Assembly: GCA_907165135.1 (NCBI GenBank)
Contig: OU015567.1
Coordinates: 13,702,001-13,766,000 of the forward strand
From: Oikopleura dioica
Taxonomy: Eukaryota; Animalia; Chordata
DNA length: 64,000 nucleotides
Reading direction: 5' to 3'
The number at the start of each line of letters is the position of its first letter. Position 1 is the stretch's first letter. This document shows, piece after piece, positions 12,849-25,300 of the stretch. The position numbers were made by a program, and so were the translations under genes. The notes below the pieces were generated by a model. That model was not told where the DNA came from, ran no database searches, and worked only from the letters and a program-made list of their open reading frames with translations.

Positions 12849-13505
12849 TATTTTTTTAATAATAGCCAGCTGAACTTTTAAATACCAACACATCTACCAC
12901 CTTCCATTTGGTTGATTCCCACCAGAAGAGTGCAGCCATCAGAGTGTTCTAGTCTAGCCTTCAAGGTAATCTTAGTGCAAATAAACTAAAATTTTGACGA
13001 GTTCACGGCGGATAATAAAAATTCTAGAGCGGAAAATATAGCTATAAAAACGACCAAGAAGTCTCTAGATAAAAGCTTTAGTTTCTCAGCACTGGCTATA
13101 TAAACAAGACTCATTCATTAAAGCACATTATTGACAGAAAATGTCTTGAAGCTGGACCCCAATTATAAAGACAAGGGCGAATCTCCCCCTTTCTCAGAAC
13201 TTCGTTGACCGACAGATGGAAAATCGTCAACTCACCGCAAAACGGATACACGGAGAAACAAAGCCCTTTTTAGGGCTTTAAATATTCCGAAATGACTCCT
13301 TACCAGCTTATGTATTAAAAAGTAGGGCATCAGCTGACGTATACTATTTTAGGCATTGATCAAATCAACCAAGTGTCACCGTTAGGCTACAACTCGGGCG
13401 CTTTCTAAATGATTATCAATTATCTAAGTGCGTATTCTCAATCAATCCCATCGGCTGAGAATGAAAAGATGAGGCCCGCATAGGGAAGCGTAGAGAATTG
13501 AAGCA

Positions 13506-15316
13506 ATGGAAGAAGCAACTTGCCGCTCTTCAACGACTTCCAACAAAAGAGACAGTCCATTTTCGTCGGTTTATTCGTCCTCCGCTTCTTCGACGCCAGC
13601 CTCGATTCGTTCTAGAGATATTTTCATTTCTCCTTCTGCCAGGAGAAAACATCCGTCAGAGAACATCATCCTCAACTGCTGCGGACAAAGATATGAAGTC
13701 GACGTTGAATCACTGAATCGTTTTCCTGAATGCATTCTCGGAACCTGGAGAAAAAGGCGGCGATTCTATTCGATTGAACATGGAGATTATTTTATCGACA
13801 GACATCGGCCCACATTTGAAGTCGTTCTCGACTACTTCGTTTATGGAGTCCTTAGAAGACCACAAGACATTCCCTTGGACATTTTCGTCAACGAGCTATG
13901 TTATTACAACTTGGATAAGAAGGGACTCGAAGGGTTTCTAAATGATGAAGGTCTTCTGATGGTCGAGCAGGAGAAAACTGTCAAAGAAAAAACCAAGTTC
14001 AAATCGAAATTAGAAAAAGTGCAGTTCAAAATTTGGCAATGCTTAGAAGATCCGCAGAGTTCTAAAATTGCGCTCTGTTATTCGGTCATTTCTATGGTCA
14101 TAACGATTTCGTCTATCATTATGCTTTGCATCGACAGTTTGCCAGCGCTAGAAACGCTTTCGCAGAAGTTGGACAAGTGTCATAACACGACCGATTCTGA
14201 GATAAGAACAAAGGCAAATCATAAAGGAGACTGCCCAAAGTTTTCAGTCGACCATATTCTGTTTATTATGGGTGAGTCAAAAGGGCTCTGATTAGATTCT
14301 TAATTTTTATAATTAGAGACGATTTTCAACTCTTGGTTCGCGCTGGAGTATATTGCCAGATTTATGTCCTGCGATCAGAAAAGGTCTTTTGTGAAAGATT
14401 GGCTCAATATAATTGATGTGATCGCCATTCTCCCTTATTTCATTATGCTAATTGCGGGCAACGGCACTTCTTCAAGTTTTAGCTCCACGCTGAAGATCTT
14501 CCGACTTACAAGAATTGTCAGGATTTTTAAACTGTCGAATTACTCAAGATCGCTTAGAATTTTAGGGATGGTTCAATGATGAATCTAATTTATTCTCCAT
14601 GCAAAAATCTGAACCATTTTAAGCGACTACTGTCTATCATTCTGCGCCAATGCTCCTCCAACTTGCGATAATCCAGCTCTCGATTGCGCTATGCTTTGCC
14701 GTCTGCATCTTTATCGTCGAGCAAGGATACGAGGGCAACCAATTTCACGATATGATTGATTCTACCTGGTATGCTCTGATTACAATGTACACTGTTGGTT
14801 ACGGCGACTATGTTCCTGTGTCGCCCCTTGGGAGATTTTTCGGAACTTGCTGTGCGATTCTTGGATTGCTTGATATGGGCAAGGGCTATTTCAATCCACG
14901 GAATGAATATTTGATAGTGATTTTTAAGTCCACAAAAGCATTTTCTCTCCCGATCATCGTCTTCGAGTTCAACTATCTTTACAACCTCGACAAGGATGAG
15001 TGCAAGCTCAGACCAGAAGAGCTCACCAACGAACCTACAAAAGAAAAATCGAAAAGAATCGACCACTTCCATAAAAGTCTCACGCAGTCTTTACGACGTA
15101 ATAAAGCTTCACTGAACATGATGTCGACGGACGTCAGGGATGATTGCAGCAAGTCCAGCAACATGGCTGATCTGTGGAATTATGCAAAGAGAAAGAATCA
15201 ATTTCGACGATCTGTTAGTTTCATCTCTTTGCTTAACAATTTTATATCAATTCTAGCGAACAACAACTCCTGCAGCAACTCCTCAGCAATTCAGAAGAAG
15301 TCAACCGAGTCGATAA
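13506..15316 (+). CDS. KCNA-like: Shaker-related voltage-gated K+ channel subunit (T1 domain, 6 TM), divergent
   Basis: T1: ENIILNCCGQRYE...YFIDRHRPTFEVVLDYF...LRRPQDIPLDIF. S3: NIIDVIAILPYF. S4: LKIFRLTRIVRIFKLS. Pore: TMYTVGYGD. The 3' end is inferred from a splice giving RTTTPAATPQQFRRSQPSR* (15441 if unspliced). Confidence 0.9.
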
Positions 15317-15661
15317 TTTATAAGCATCCTCCCAAAACTGTAAATAAAGAAAAAATGCCCTCCAAAAGTACTTGCAAGTATCTGTGTGAAATTCTAAAGC
15401 ACAATCAAACGTTCATATCAGTTATTATCCGAGAATTATAGCACTTGCACCTTGTGCGGATTCTCTTATCAGATGAACTTTTTTTATCGAGAATTAATCG
15501 CAGGTGGTAAGTATAATTAGCAAAAAGCTGCTCGCTGCGTTAGCTCCACCTGAGCACCTGGTGCTCGCCTTTATAAGCAAAGAGATTTTGAACTTAGCAT
15601 CAAACTCACATTCACAGTGTAAAAAACAAAGCTTCTATCAAACTCTCTACAGAGCCTCAGT

Positions 15662-15985
15662 ATGACCATCACTGCCTCACCAGTCCGACTTCGACTCAAC
15701 TCCGGCCCTCGCCTTCAAATCGACGACGACTACTCCGAAAAAGTCCGCCGCTTTTCTTTAGTACTCGATGAGGAAGTTCCGAAAAACTCGCCCATCAAAA
15801 AGATCAAGAATAAGCTGAAGAAAATGCTGAAGCTTCAGAAAAACTCGACCAACACACCAAAATCGCTATTCCTCGAAGAAAAAGACGACTCTGATTCGGA
15901 AAAGATCAACTTCAACATTTCCGTCATCCACAATAGCTCTGGTAACTCCCTTGTCTTCTGGGAAGAATCTTACAACCCACTTTAA
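15662..15985 (+). CDS. Orphan 107-aa ORF, probably an independent single-exon gene
   Basis: Intact ATG-to-stop ORF with protein-like composition (Lys-rich helix, acidic patch). AG acceptor just upstream and a TTTATAA at 15570. No recognisable domain. Confidence 0.45.
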   Translation: MTITASPVRLRLNSGPRLQIDDDYSEKVRRFSLVLDEEVPKNSPIKKIKNKLKKMLKLQKNSTNTPKSLFLEEKDDSDSEKINFNISVIHNSSGNSLVFWEESYNPL

Positions 15986-16385
15986 AACTTTACTTGCTGC
16001 ATGTTTCTTTATGATATTAACTTAAAATCAAACGGATAGTTTCCAATAAAAAATGAAAATTATTTCAGTCTTTTCTTCTTCAGCCTTCGCAGATTAACTT
16101 TAAAAGTTCCAATAGCTGTCAGCATGAATAGGCGGGCGGGCAAATAAAGAACAGTGCTGGAAATTTCTTCTTTGATTACTTCATTGTGGCTGTCAAAGGC
16201 CAAGCGCAGTCGTCGTGGAGAGTACAATTGTTTGAACGGACATTCGCATTTTTACTCTCAATTGCTCTTCCGCAAACAAAGTAGCTAGACAACGAAAAAA
16301 TACAAAAAATCCATCTTCTAACGAAATCTCTTTTTAATTTCTTTTCAACTTAGAGATACTTATGAAGAACGAAAAAACTTAAACT

Positions 16386-19300
16386 ATGAAGAAAATATTG
16401 TACATACTGGTGTATGCCAGTAATGCGCAATTCAATGGTCCGAATCAATTTAAATGCGGGCCAAAGGAATACTGCAATGAAGTCGACAACCGCCGAATGG
16501 AGTTAAACTGCAAGGATGATTCGACCAGCTGCACGACTTGTCCAAAGAATATGGAAAATGATGGATATCGGTGCAAACCGACAAGTAATATTGGACTCAG
16601 TTCAGGAATGAGTTCGAATTTATTTTCTGAGTAAGTTCCAATTTTCTTGGTCATCGTTTAAAGTGTTTTATTTTGTTGAAACCTTTTCATGAAAATAAAT
16701 TCAAACTCATAAAAGGATGGGAGTATGGTAATCACGATGACACCCAACCCGCTTGTCCAGCTGGGACATCTCGTGCTAATAATGAACAGCAATGTTCTGT
16801 GAAGTCTGGCGAGGTTATCGGTATTGGTGCAGTTACTTGTCCTCCTGGAACTTATGGAACGATCACAACTGGCGGATTTAGCGACTGCACACCATGCGTA
16901 AGAGGAGATGCCTTTAGTTGTCCTGGCGGTAGCAGTACGGATCCTTGCAGCTCTTCTTCAAGTTTTTGCGAGCACGATTACTGTACTAAATGTACAAGTT
17001 GTCCAAGTAATGCTGTTTGCGATAAAAATGGAGTCGTCGAATTCTGCAACACAAATCAGATCGTAAGCGGCAATGTCTGCGTGCAAAAATGTGATGCTGG
17101 CAAAGACTGTGTAACTGGAAATGACTGCGCTGCTGGAAAATATCGAGATCAATACTCTTCAACTGATGAATGCATGGATTGTCCGGAAGGTTATTCTTGT
17201 GCTGGCGGAGCTGCTTTGCCTGTTGATTGCCCTGAAGGTGAACATGCAGCCGCTGGACAGAGCTCTTGCACAAACTGGAGCGATTCTCTTGCATGTCCAG
17301 ATGGAAGTTATCCAAAAGATGGCACTGCGTTCTGTGATCCTTGCCCACAAGGTTACTCTTGTAGCACGACGAGTTCTGACTCTACAGTTTGCCCTGATGG
17401 TCAATATTCGGCTCTTGGTGAAATGACTTGCTCTCCATGTCCTACTGAGCATGTTTGCCCTACTGGAGGCATTCCATATCGATGCAAAGCTAATCAAGAA
17501 CTGAAGACATCAGGAAGTATTCAATATTGCGCAACGAAAACATCCTCAATTATTTATGCTGCCTGTCCTGATGGCTACGCATGTGATAACAACAATAATC
17601 CACTTACAGTTTGTCAGCCTGGGACTTATTCAAATAACAGAAACTGTGCTCAATGTCCAATTGGAAGTATGTGCCCTTATCCTGAAATGGGAAGTCCTAT
17701 TACTTGTCAACATGGATATTATCAGGACAGCACAGGCTCCACTTGGTGTAAAGAATGTCCAGCTGGCTATCGTTGCACTTCGAATAGTGCAGCGCAATGC
17801 AACGGTGGGCAATATTCGAATATCGGAGATATGGATTGTCATGTTTGCCCAACTGGATATTTCTGCAATGCCCAGGATGCTTCGGCTCCAGTTCTATGCC
17901 CTCCTGGAACATTTACGGTGGGCACTGGCAATACTGAATGTACAGAATGTCCAGCAGGAAGCCGTTGCGCTCATGGCAAAAAAGAGGATTGTCTTGCTTA
18001 TTATTATTCAAAAAAAGGCCAAACTATCTGCTTGCCGTGCCCTGCCGGTCACCAATGCAGTAATAATGTTCTTACTCGTTGTGCGCCTGGAACTTACTCA
18101 AATATGCTGGAATCGGCATGCAAGAATTGTGAGGCTGGGTTTTATTGTCCTTCAGATGGAACTGAAATGGAGAACGAAATTAAAGTCATTTGTCCTCTTG
18201 GCTACTATTGTGACCCAGGAAGTCCTGCGCCTAAGGAATGTCCAAAGGGAACATATGGACCCAACATGGGGCTAACTGGTTTAGGCGACTGCATGCCATG
18301 CCCAAATGGATATTTTTGCCCACCCGCCACCCCTGGTTATCCATCAGAAAAACAACTTTGCCCACTAGGGCACTATTGCACGGGAACATCGATAAATCAG
18401 TGTCCAGGAGGAACATACAATGACATGAAAGGTGCTTATGATGCATCTCACTGCAAGGATTGTAAAGCAGGACGGTTTTGCCCTGCTGGAACTGGTTGGA
18501 CAACACCTGGCAATCCTTGCTCGAGAGGACATTTTTGTCATGAAGAAGGAATGGCAAATGCTCAAGTTTGCCCTCCAGGAACATATAATTCTGGCAGAGG
18601 AGCGAAATTCGCAAGTAAATGCATCCCTTGCCCTGCTGGTCATTTTTGCTGCGACAGCATGAACGCCCCTTGGGAAGTCTACGGGGACACTTGCACTGGA
18701 GGTGTCGCTGAACCTCAACCATGTCGAAAGGGTACTTATCAAGAACGACGGGGCCAATTCACATGCGATCTTTGTCCCGCTGGCAAAAACTGTCCCGATG
18801 AAAGAATGACGATGCCTCTTGACTGTGAGTTTGGCAAGTTCTGTATGATTGGCACCGGAGCAGATACCGTTCAACCAGTGCGATGTCCATTTGGCTTCTT
18901 GAATGATCGATTGAATGCAACAAGCATGGATGATTGTGAGCCCTGTCCACCAGGATATTATTGCGATCATACTGATGGAAACACTTGGATGAGCGCAGGT
19001 CAACATCCAACGCCTTGTCCACCAGGCCAATATTGTATGGAGCGAACACCAAAGAACGGCACATATTTTTGTCCAAAAGGAACGTTCAATAATCAAGAAA
19101 TGCTCACGCATTCTGTGAACTGTACAACCTGCCCTGCTGGAAAATTCTGCGAGATTGGTGCAATAGATGATGGCAAAGGAATAAATATATGCCCGACTGG
19201 CCATTTTTGTCCTCCAGGAACTGGTGGCGACGACGACGATGACCCAGATATACCTGAATGCCCTGCTGGAACATATAATAATCAGACGGGAATGTCACGT

Positions 19301-22300
19301 GTAGAAGATTGTGTTGTGTGCCCGGCGGGATCATTCTGTGGATCTGGAGACTCAGATTTCACTCAATGTGAACCGGGAAGTTACAGTGACCAAACGGGTA
19401 TTCTTTCTCAAAGCGAATGTGATAGATGCCCTGCTGGATACAAATGCTCTGGTGGAAGCTCTGTAGAAGTTTGCGGCATTGGTTTCTACTCAGATTATGG
19501 TGCCAAAGATTGTCTGATATGCGAGAAAGGACGATATTGCCATCTAAATACAACAACATATGAAGATATGTGGTTCTATAATGTTTGTCCAGAGGGAACT
19601 GATTGCTCAGCAGGCGGAAAAGATCATATTCCAGATCTCAAGAGAGATGCTTGTCCGCTTGGACAATGGTGCGCAAAAGGTGACGTGAAAGCTTATCAGT
19701 CCGAGCCTCAAAACTGTCCTGTTGGTACTTACGGCCAACGCGTGGGTCTTTCGAACAAATATGAGTGTGATAAATGCCCTGCTGGATTCTATTGTGATAC
19801 CGAAGCTATCAAATGCGAAAGCCTTCTGTACGGTGCTCCTGATGGGGATGACTGCGATGGAGTAAAAGTTTGTCCAAAAGGACATTATTGTGAACTTGGA
19901 AGTGAGCTACCAGTTCCATGCGGCCCTGGCTTTTATAGATCAATAACTGACACGCAAGCTGCAGTAAACCAAACAAGTTGCAGTATTTGCAAGAGTGGTT
20001 ATTATTGTGACCAATATGGGACACACGACGATTTTGGCAACGCTGTCCCTGATGACTTCACGGACGCAACTCAGCTTATCAAAATTTGTCCCAAGGGAAG
20101 TTATTGTCCACCCGGCTCTATATTCCCTGAGCTTTGCGACGCCGGAACATATGGACCCGCTGAAGGATTCCGATCTTCATATGAATGTATTCCATGTGAC
20201 GAAGGGACATATTGCCCTGAGCGTGGAATGGAAATCACTGGTCAAAACTGTACAGCTGGTTATTACTGTTCTGGAGGCTCAAAATCTAAGAATCCAATCG
20301 ACGGCGTAACAGGAAATATATGCCCTAAAGGATATTACTGCGAAGCTGGGACTCCTCAACCGCAAGAATGCAATGAGGGTTTTGCAACTCTTTTTGAAGG
20401 AGCCACCTCAAGTACCGACTGCAAAGAATGTTATCCTGGCTACTACTGTCCAAAAGGCAACAAACTTCCTTGTGAGCCGGGTAAATTCTGCCCTGCAGGT
20501 TCATCCGAAGGTGAAGATTGTCCAGCGGGCCATTACTGCAAGCAGCGAACACTGCTCGACTTCACAATGATTGGAGCCATTCACCCAGCTCCATGCTCTC
20601 CTGGAAGCTTTGCTGCTGCTTCAAATCGAGAAACCTGTGAACAGTGTACTGCTGGATTTTTCTGCCCGGTTCAAAAGATGACAGAAGGTTACTCCTGCCC
20701 ACCAGGTTATTACTGTCCAACCGGATCCAGGAAACCACTTGCATGTGCAGCGGGGAAATACAATCCACTATCCGAATCAACAAGCGAAAGCGACTGTCAG
20801 TTCTGTCCGGTTAATCATTACTGTGATTCTGCTGGTATGTCGGAGGCTAAGCCTTGTCCAGCAGGGTATGCATGCGAGGTAACAGGAATAGTCAATCCAC
20901 TTTTGGAGGAACATTGCGATGGCACTGATTGCTATAATCCAAAGTCTTGCAAACCTGGCTATTTCTGCGAAGAGGGCAAATCTCCCGAGCGTTGTCCTCC
21001 TGGCACCTACAATCCTAGATATCACGGTCTCTCCGAAAAGGATTGTATTGAATGTACACCTGGAAAAGTTTGTTCTGTTCCTGGATTAGAAGCACCAGAT
21101 GGTGACTGTCTTGCTGGCTACTACTGCAGTGGTGGAGCTGCAAGACCATCAGGAGCAACTTATCCTGTTCAACCTTGTGCTGTTGGTTACAAGTGCCCAA
21201 CAGGGTCCCCAGATCAGATTCCATGTGAAAGAGGAACCTATTCCACTGCTGGAACACAAGATAAATGTTTGGCGTGTCCCGCTGGCTCATTATGTGTTGG
21301 TAACATTCCGGAAAATCCGACAGCAGGCCAAGAAGTTTGTCCTGTAGGACAGTTTTGCTCAGGCGGTGACTATGAAGGTGAAAAGTGCCCGCGAGGAACT
21401 TATTCTCCAAATGATGGAAGAAGCCTTCTAACCGAGTGTATTGATTGTGATGCTGGTCATTATTGCCCTGAGCGAGGCATGAACGCGACAGGGCCTGAGT
21501 GTGAGGCTGGCTTTATTTGTAAAACAAAAGCTCTATATTCGCATCCAAATAAAGAAACCGAAACCGATGATTCAAATACTCTCTGTCCAATTGGATTCTT
21601 CTGTGAACAGGGAACTGAAGAACCAGAACCATGCCCGATCGGAACTTTTGGGTCAATTCCTGGGCTCAAAAGTAGGAACGATTGTAGCCCTTGTCCTGGA
21701 GGAACCTTTTGCCCAAGTGTCGGAATGACGTGGGATGATATTTATGACAGTACAAGCAATGCGATTAATGGCACTGTTAAATGTGAACCAGGTTATTTCT
21801 GTAAGTCAGGCTGCACAAAGCCAGATCCATTGTCATCAAGTGACTGTAGCAGCTCTGTTTCGAACTCAGGAGGCAAATGTCCTCGTAAATTCATGTGCCC
21901 GAAAGGTTCGACGGAACCGGTTCCTTGTCCGATCGGAGAATACCAAGATGCTGACCTTCAAGACTCCTGTAAGCCATGTGAAGATGGAAACTACTGTGAA
22001 AACGGAGTCATGCGACCTTGTAGAAAAGGTTACTACTGCAAATATGACCCAAGCACAGTACCTTACTTACCAACGCCATGTCCGATTGGAACCTATAATA
22101 ATCTTCTTGGACAGAAAGATGGCGGTGTTTGTGATCCTTGTCCTGCTGGATATTACTGTCCAAAATATGGGCTTGGATCCGGAACTGAATTCAAATGCGC
22201 AGCTGGATTCAAATGTACTGGCGGAACGATTGAAGCAAGACCAAAGAATAAAAATGGGGATCCTTGCCCGATCGGAACCTATTCAGCAGAGGGCGCAAGT

Positions 22301-25300
22301 GAATACAGAGACTGCAAAAAAGGACATTACTGCGATAAAGTCGGACTCACAGACGCAGAGATGGATAGTAACGAATGCGCAGCGGGTTATTTCTGTGATA
22401 CTGGATCAATATCAGCAACACCAAAAGACGCATCGGGAGAATTTATTTTCTGTTCTGTCGGAAACTATTGCCCAAAAGGAGCTGACTCGGAGTTGCCTTG
22501 TCCACCAGGAACTTTTAGTAACTCAACAGGTTTGCGCAGCGAGGATGAATGCTTCCCTTGCTTAGGCGGATATGAGTGTAGCGGCGGCGATTCGATAAGC
22601 TTATGTCCGGAAGGCTTCTATTGCCCCCCATCAAATACAACCACTGGTCGTCTACCCTGCCCGGCAGGCCATATGTGTCCGGAAGGATCAATAGTGGCAT
22701 TCCCATGCCCGCACGGAACGTATCAAGACCAGCAGAGACGATCGTCTTGCGAGACTTGTCTAGCTGGTAATTACTGCGAGGGAGCAACAGAAAAACCAGT
22801 AGAATGTGGGCTTGGAAATTATTGTCCCGCTGGTACTGGCTTTCCAATTCCTTGCCCTCCCGGCACTTACAACGACGCTGATAGTTCTAATTCTGGACGT
22901 TCTTATGAACGATTTTGCAAGGAATGCCCTGCTGGTAAAGCATGCACAACGGCGGGAATCAAAGACCCAATTACTAGTCTACCAAATTGCGCACCAGGCA
23001 TTAATTGCATTGGCGGAGCATCTGATGTCCTACAGTCTGATGGGAAATATGGTGAGATCTGTCCAATAGGCTCTTACTGTGACGACGGAACTGCAAAACC
23101 ATGTCCTGTCGGCTCTTATGGAAGTCGAAGCGGACTCACCAGCAGTTCTGAATGCTCAGAATGTCCACAAGGGTTTGATTGCTCAGAAGAAGGAGTTTGG
23201 AATCTTGTAGATCATCGATGCGAAGCTGGGTACACATGTGATGCTGGCGTAGATGGTGTATCTAAAGTGCCTGTAGCTTGTACTAGTTCAGGAAAGTACT
23301 GTCCTCTTGGAAGTTATCAAGAACAATTTTGCCCAGAAGGAAAATGGAATGATAAAGCAACGCCGCATGCCGAATGTGATCTTTGTCCAAGAAGTTTCTT
23401 CTGTGACGGAAACGGCAATAAAGAGGAATGTCTTCAAGGACACTACTGTCCTCAAGGTTCATCAGATAAAACCATGCTCGGGTGTCCCCCTGGAACTTAC
23501 TACGATGATACTGGAGCATCTTCTTTTGCTAATTGTAGAACTTGTCCACAAGGAAAATATTGTACCTATAAAGCTGGACCGGATTCTCCTAATGATCTGC
23601 CAGATTGTATGAATGGTTACGACTGCGATTTTGGACAATCTATACCATCCCCTGCTGATAAAAAATGCCCGAAAGGATATGTTTGTCCTGCTGGAATAAA
23701 AACTCCTTGTCCGGTCGGCACTTTCTTGAATATCGAAGGAGGAAGGACACTCGATGACTGTCTACCGTGTCCTCCAGGTTGGTTTTGCGAGACTGAAGCT
23801 CTTGAAGAAAATCCAAAAGACACTGGAAATGAAGATTTCAAATGCAAAGCAGGATTTTTTTGCTTCTCTGGAGCAACATCGCCAGAACCAGATGATGATA
23901 CGAACGTTCCAGCGCTATTTGGCGAGTGTCCACCTGGCTTCAAATGTCCAGAAGACGGTACTGCAGAGCCCGAAGGTTGTCCTGATGGATACTACCAATC
24001 GAATGCTGCCCAAAGCGAGTGTCAAGACCAGTGTCCTGCCGGTTACCTCTGCAGAGGTGTCTTGACTGATTACACTGACGCCGATGATTCTTGCCCACTT
24101 GGTCAATTCTGCGAAGTAGATGGTAGCACACCTTACGATGTTAATCCGTGCCCTCCAGGAACATATAGAATCGCTGAAGGACCCGCAGATAGCGAAGATG
24201 AGTGCGAAGTTTGCCCACCAGGGAAATTCTGTCCATTTTTCGGCCTTGATAAAGATGTTGCAAATGACCCGGCTTACGATTGCGATGAAGGGTATTACTG
24301 CTCAAATGAAAACGACGGAAGTTGGACACCAAGACCGTATTGCAGTGGGGATCTTCTAAGTACGGAATACTGCAACAACAAGGACATTGGTGGTATTTGC
24401 CCAGTTGGAAGTGTGTGCCCCGCAACAATAGTTGAGCCAGAACCATGCCCAGAAAATAAGTTTTGTCCTCATGAAGGCCTCGGCGACTCGGACATGTCAA
24501 GTAACGATTTCAACTGTGCAGCCGGATACTACTGCTCAGGAGGAGCGACAACGAATTCACCTAACGATCGATTCAACGAGGAACAAGGCGAGTTTGGTGA
24601 AATTTGTCCCAACGGTAAATATTGCGAAGAAGGTCAATCTCCTGTCAGCTGTCCTGAGCACTTTTATAATCCACAAACTGGATTGGGAAGTCAACCTGAA
24701 TGTCGAGAGTGTCCACCAGGAAAGACTTGTTCCGGTGGCTTTGCAAATGGCGATTGTGATGGAGGCTCACATTGCTACGGAGTTACAGGTGTATCTCAAA
24801 ATAAAGATCCTTGCGATGCGGGTTCGATGTGTGAAGCAGGAACCGTTGAACCAAAGCTTTGCAATCAAGGTTTCCACCAAGGATCAACTGGCCAAGATAC
24901 TTGTGATTTGTGCCCATCTTCGTACTTCTGCGACGGAGTTACTGATGTTGGTGCTCCCAATTTGATTATGGGAATCGGAATAGTCGGCTCAGGACATGAA
25001 TGTGTACCAGGTTACTACTGCCCAGAAGAAACATTCTTGAAGAACGAAAATCCTTGTGAGCCCGGTGAATATAGTGCTATCAGCGCCAATTTTTCATGCC
25101 AGCCATGTGATGCTCAAGTTTACTGTCCTGGTTATGCTGTTTCAGACGACATGATCTCTGATTTGTCGTCAACAGATTTCAAATGCGGAGACGGCTACAA
25201 CTGCACGAGCGGTGCTTATTCTCCTTACGGCGAGACAAAAGACGAACCCTTCCCATCAGAATGCGAGCCTGGACAGTATTGTCCTGGAATAACCGATGCT

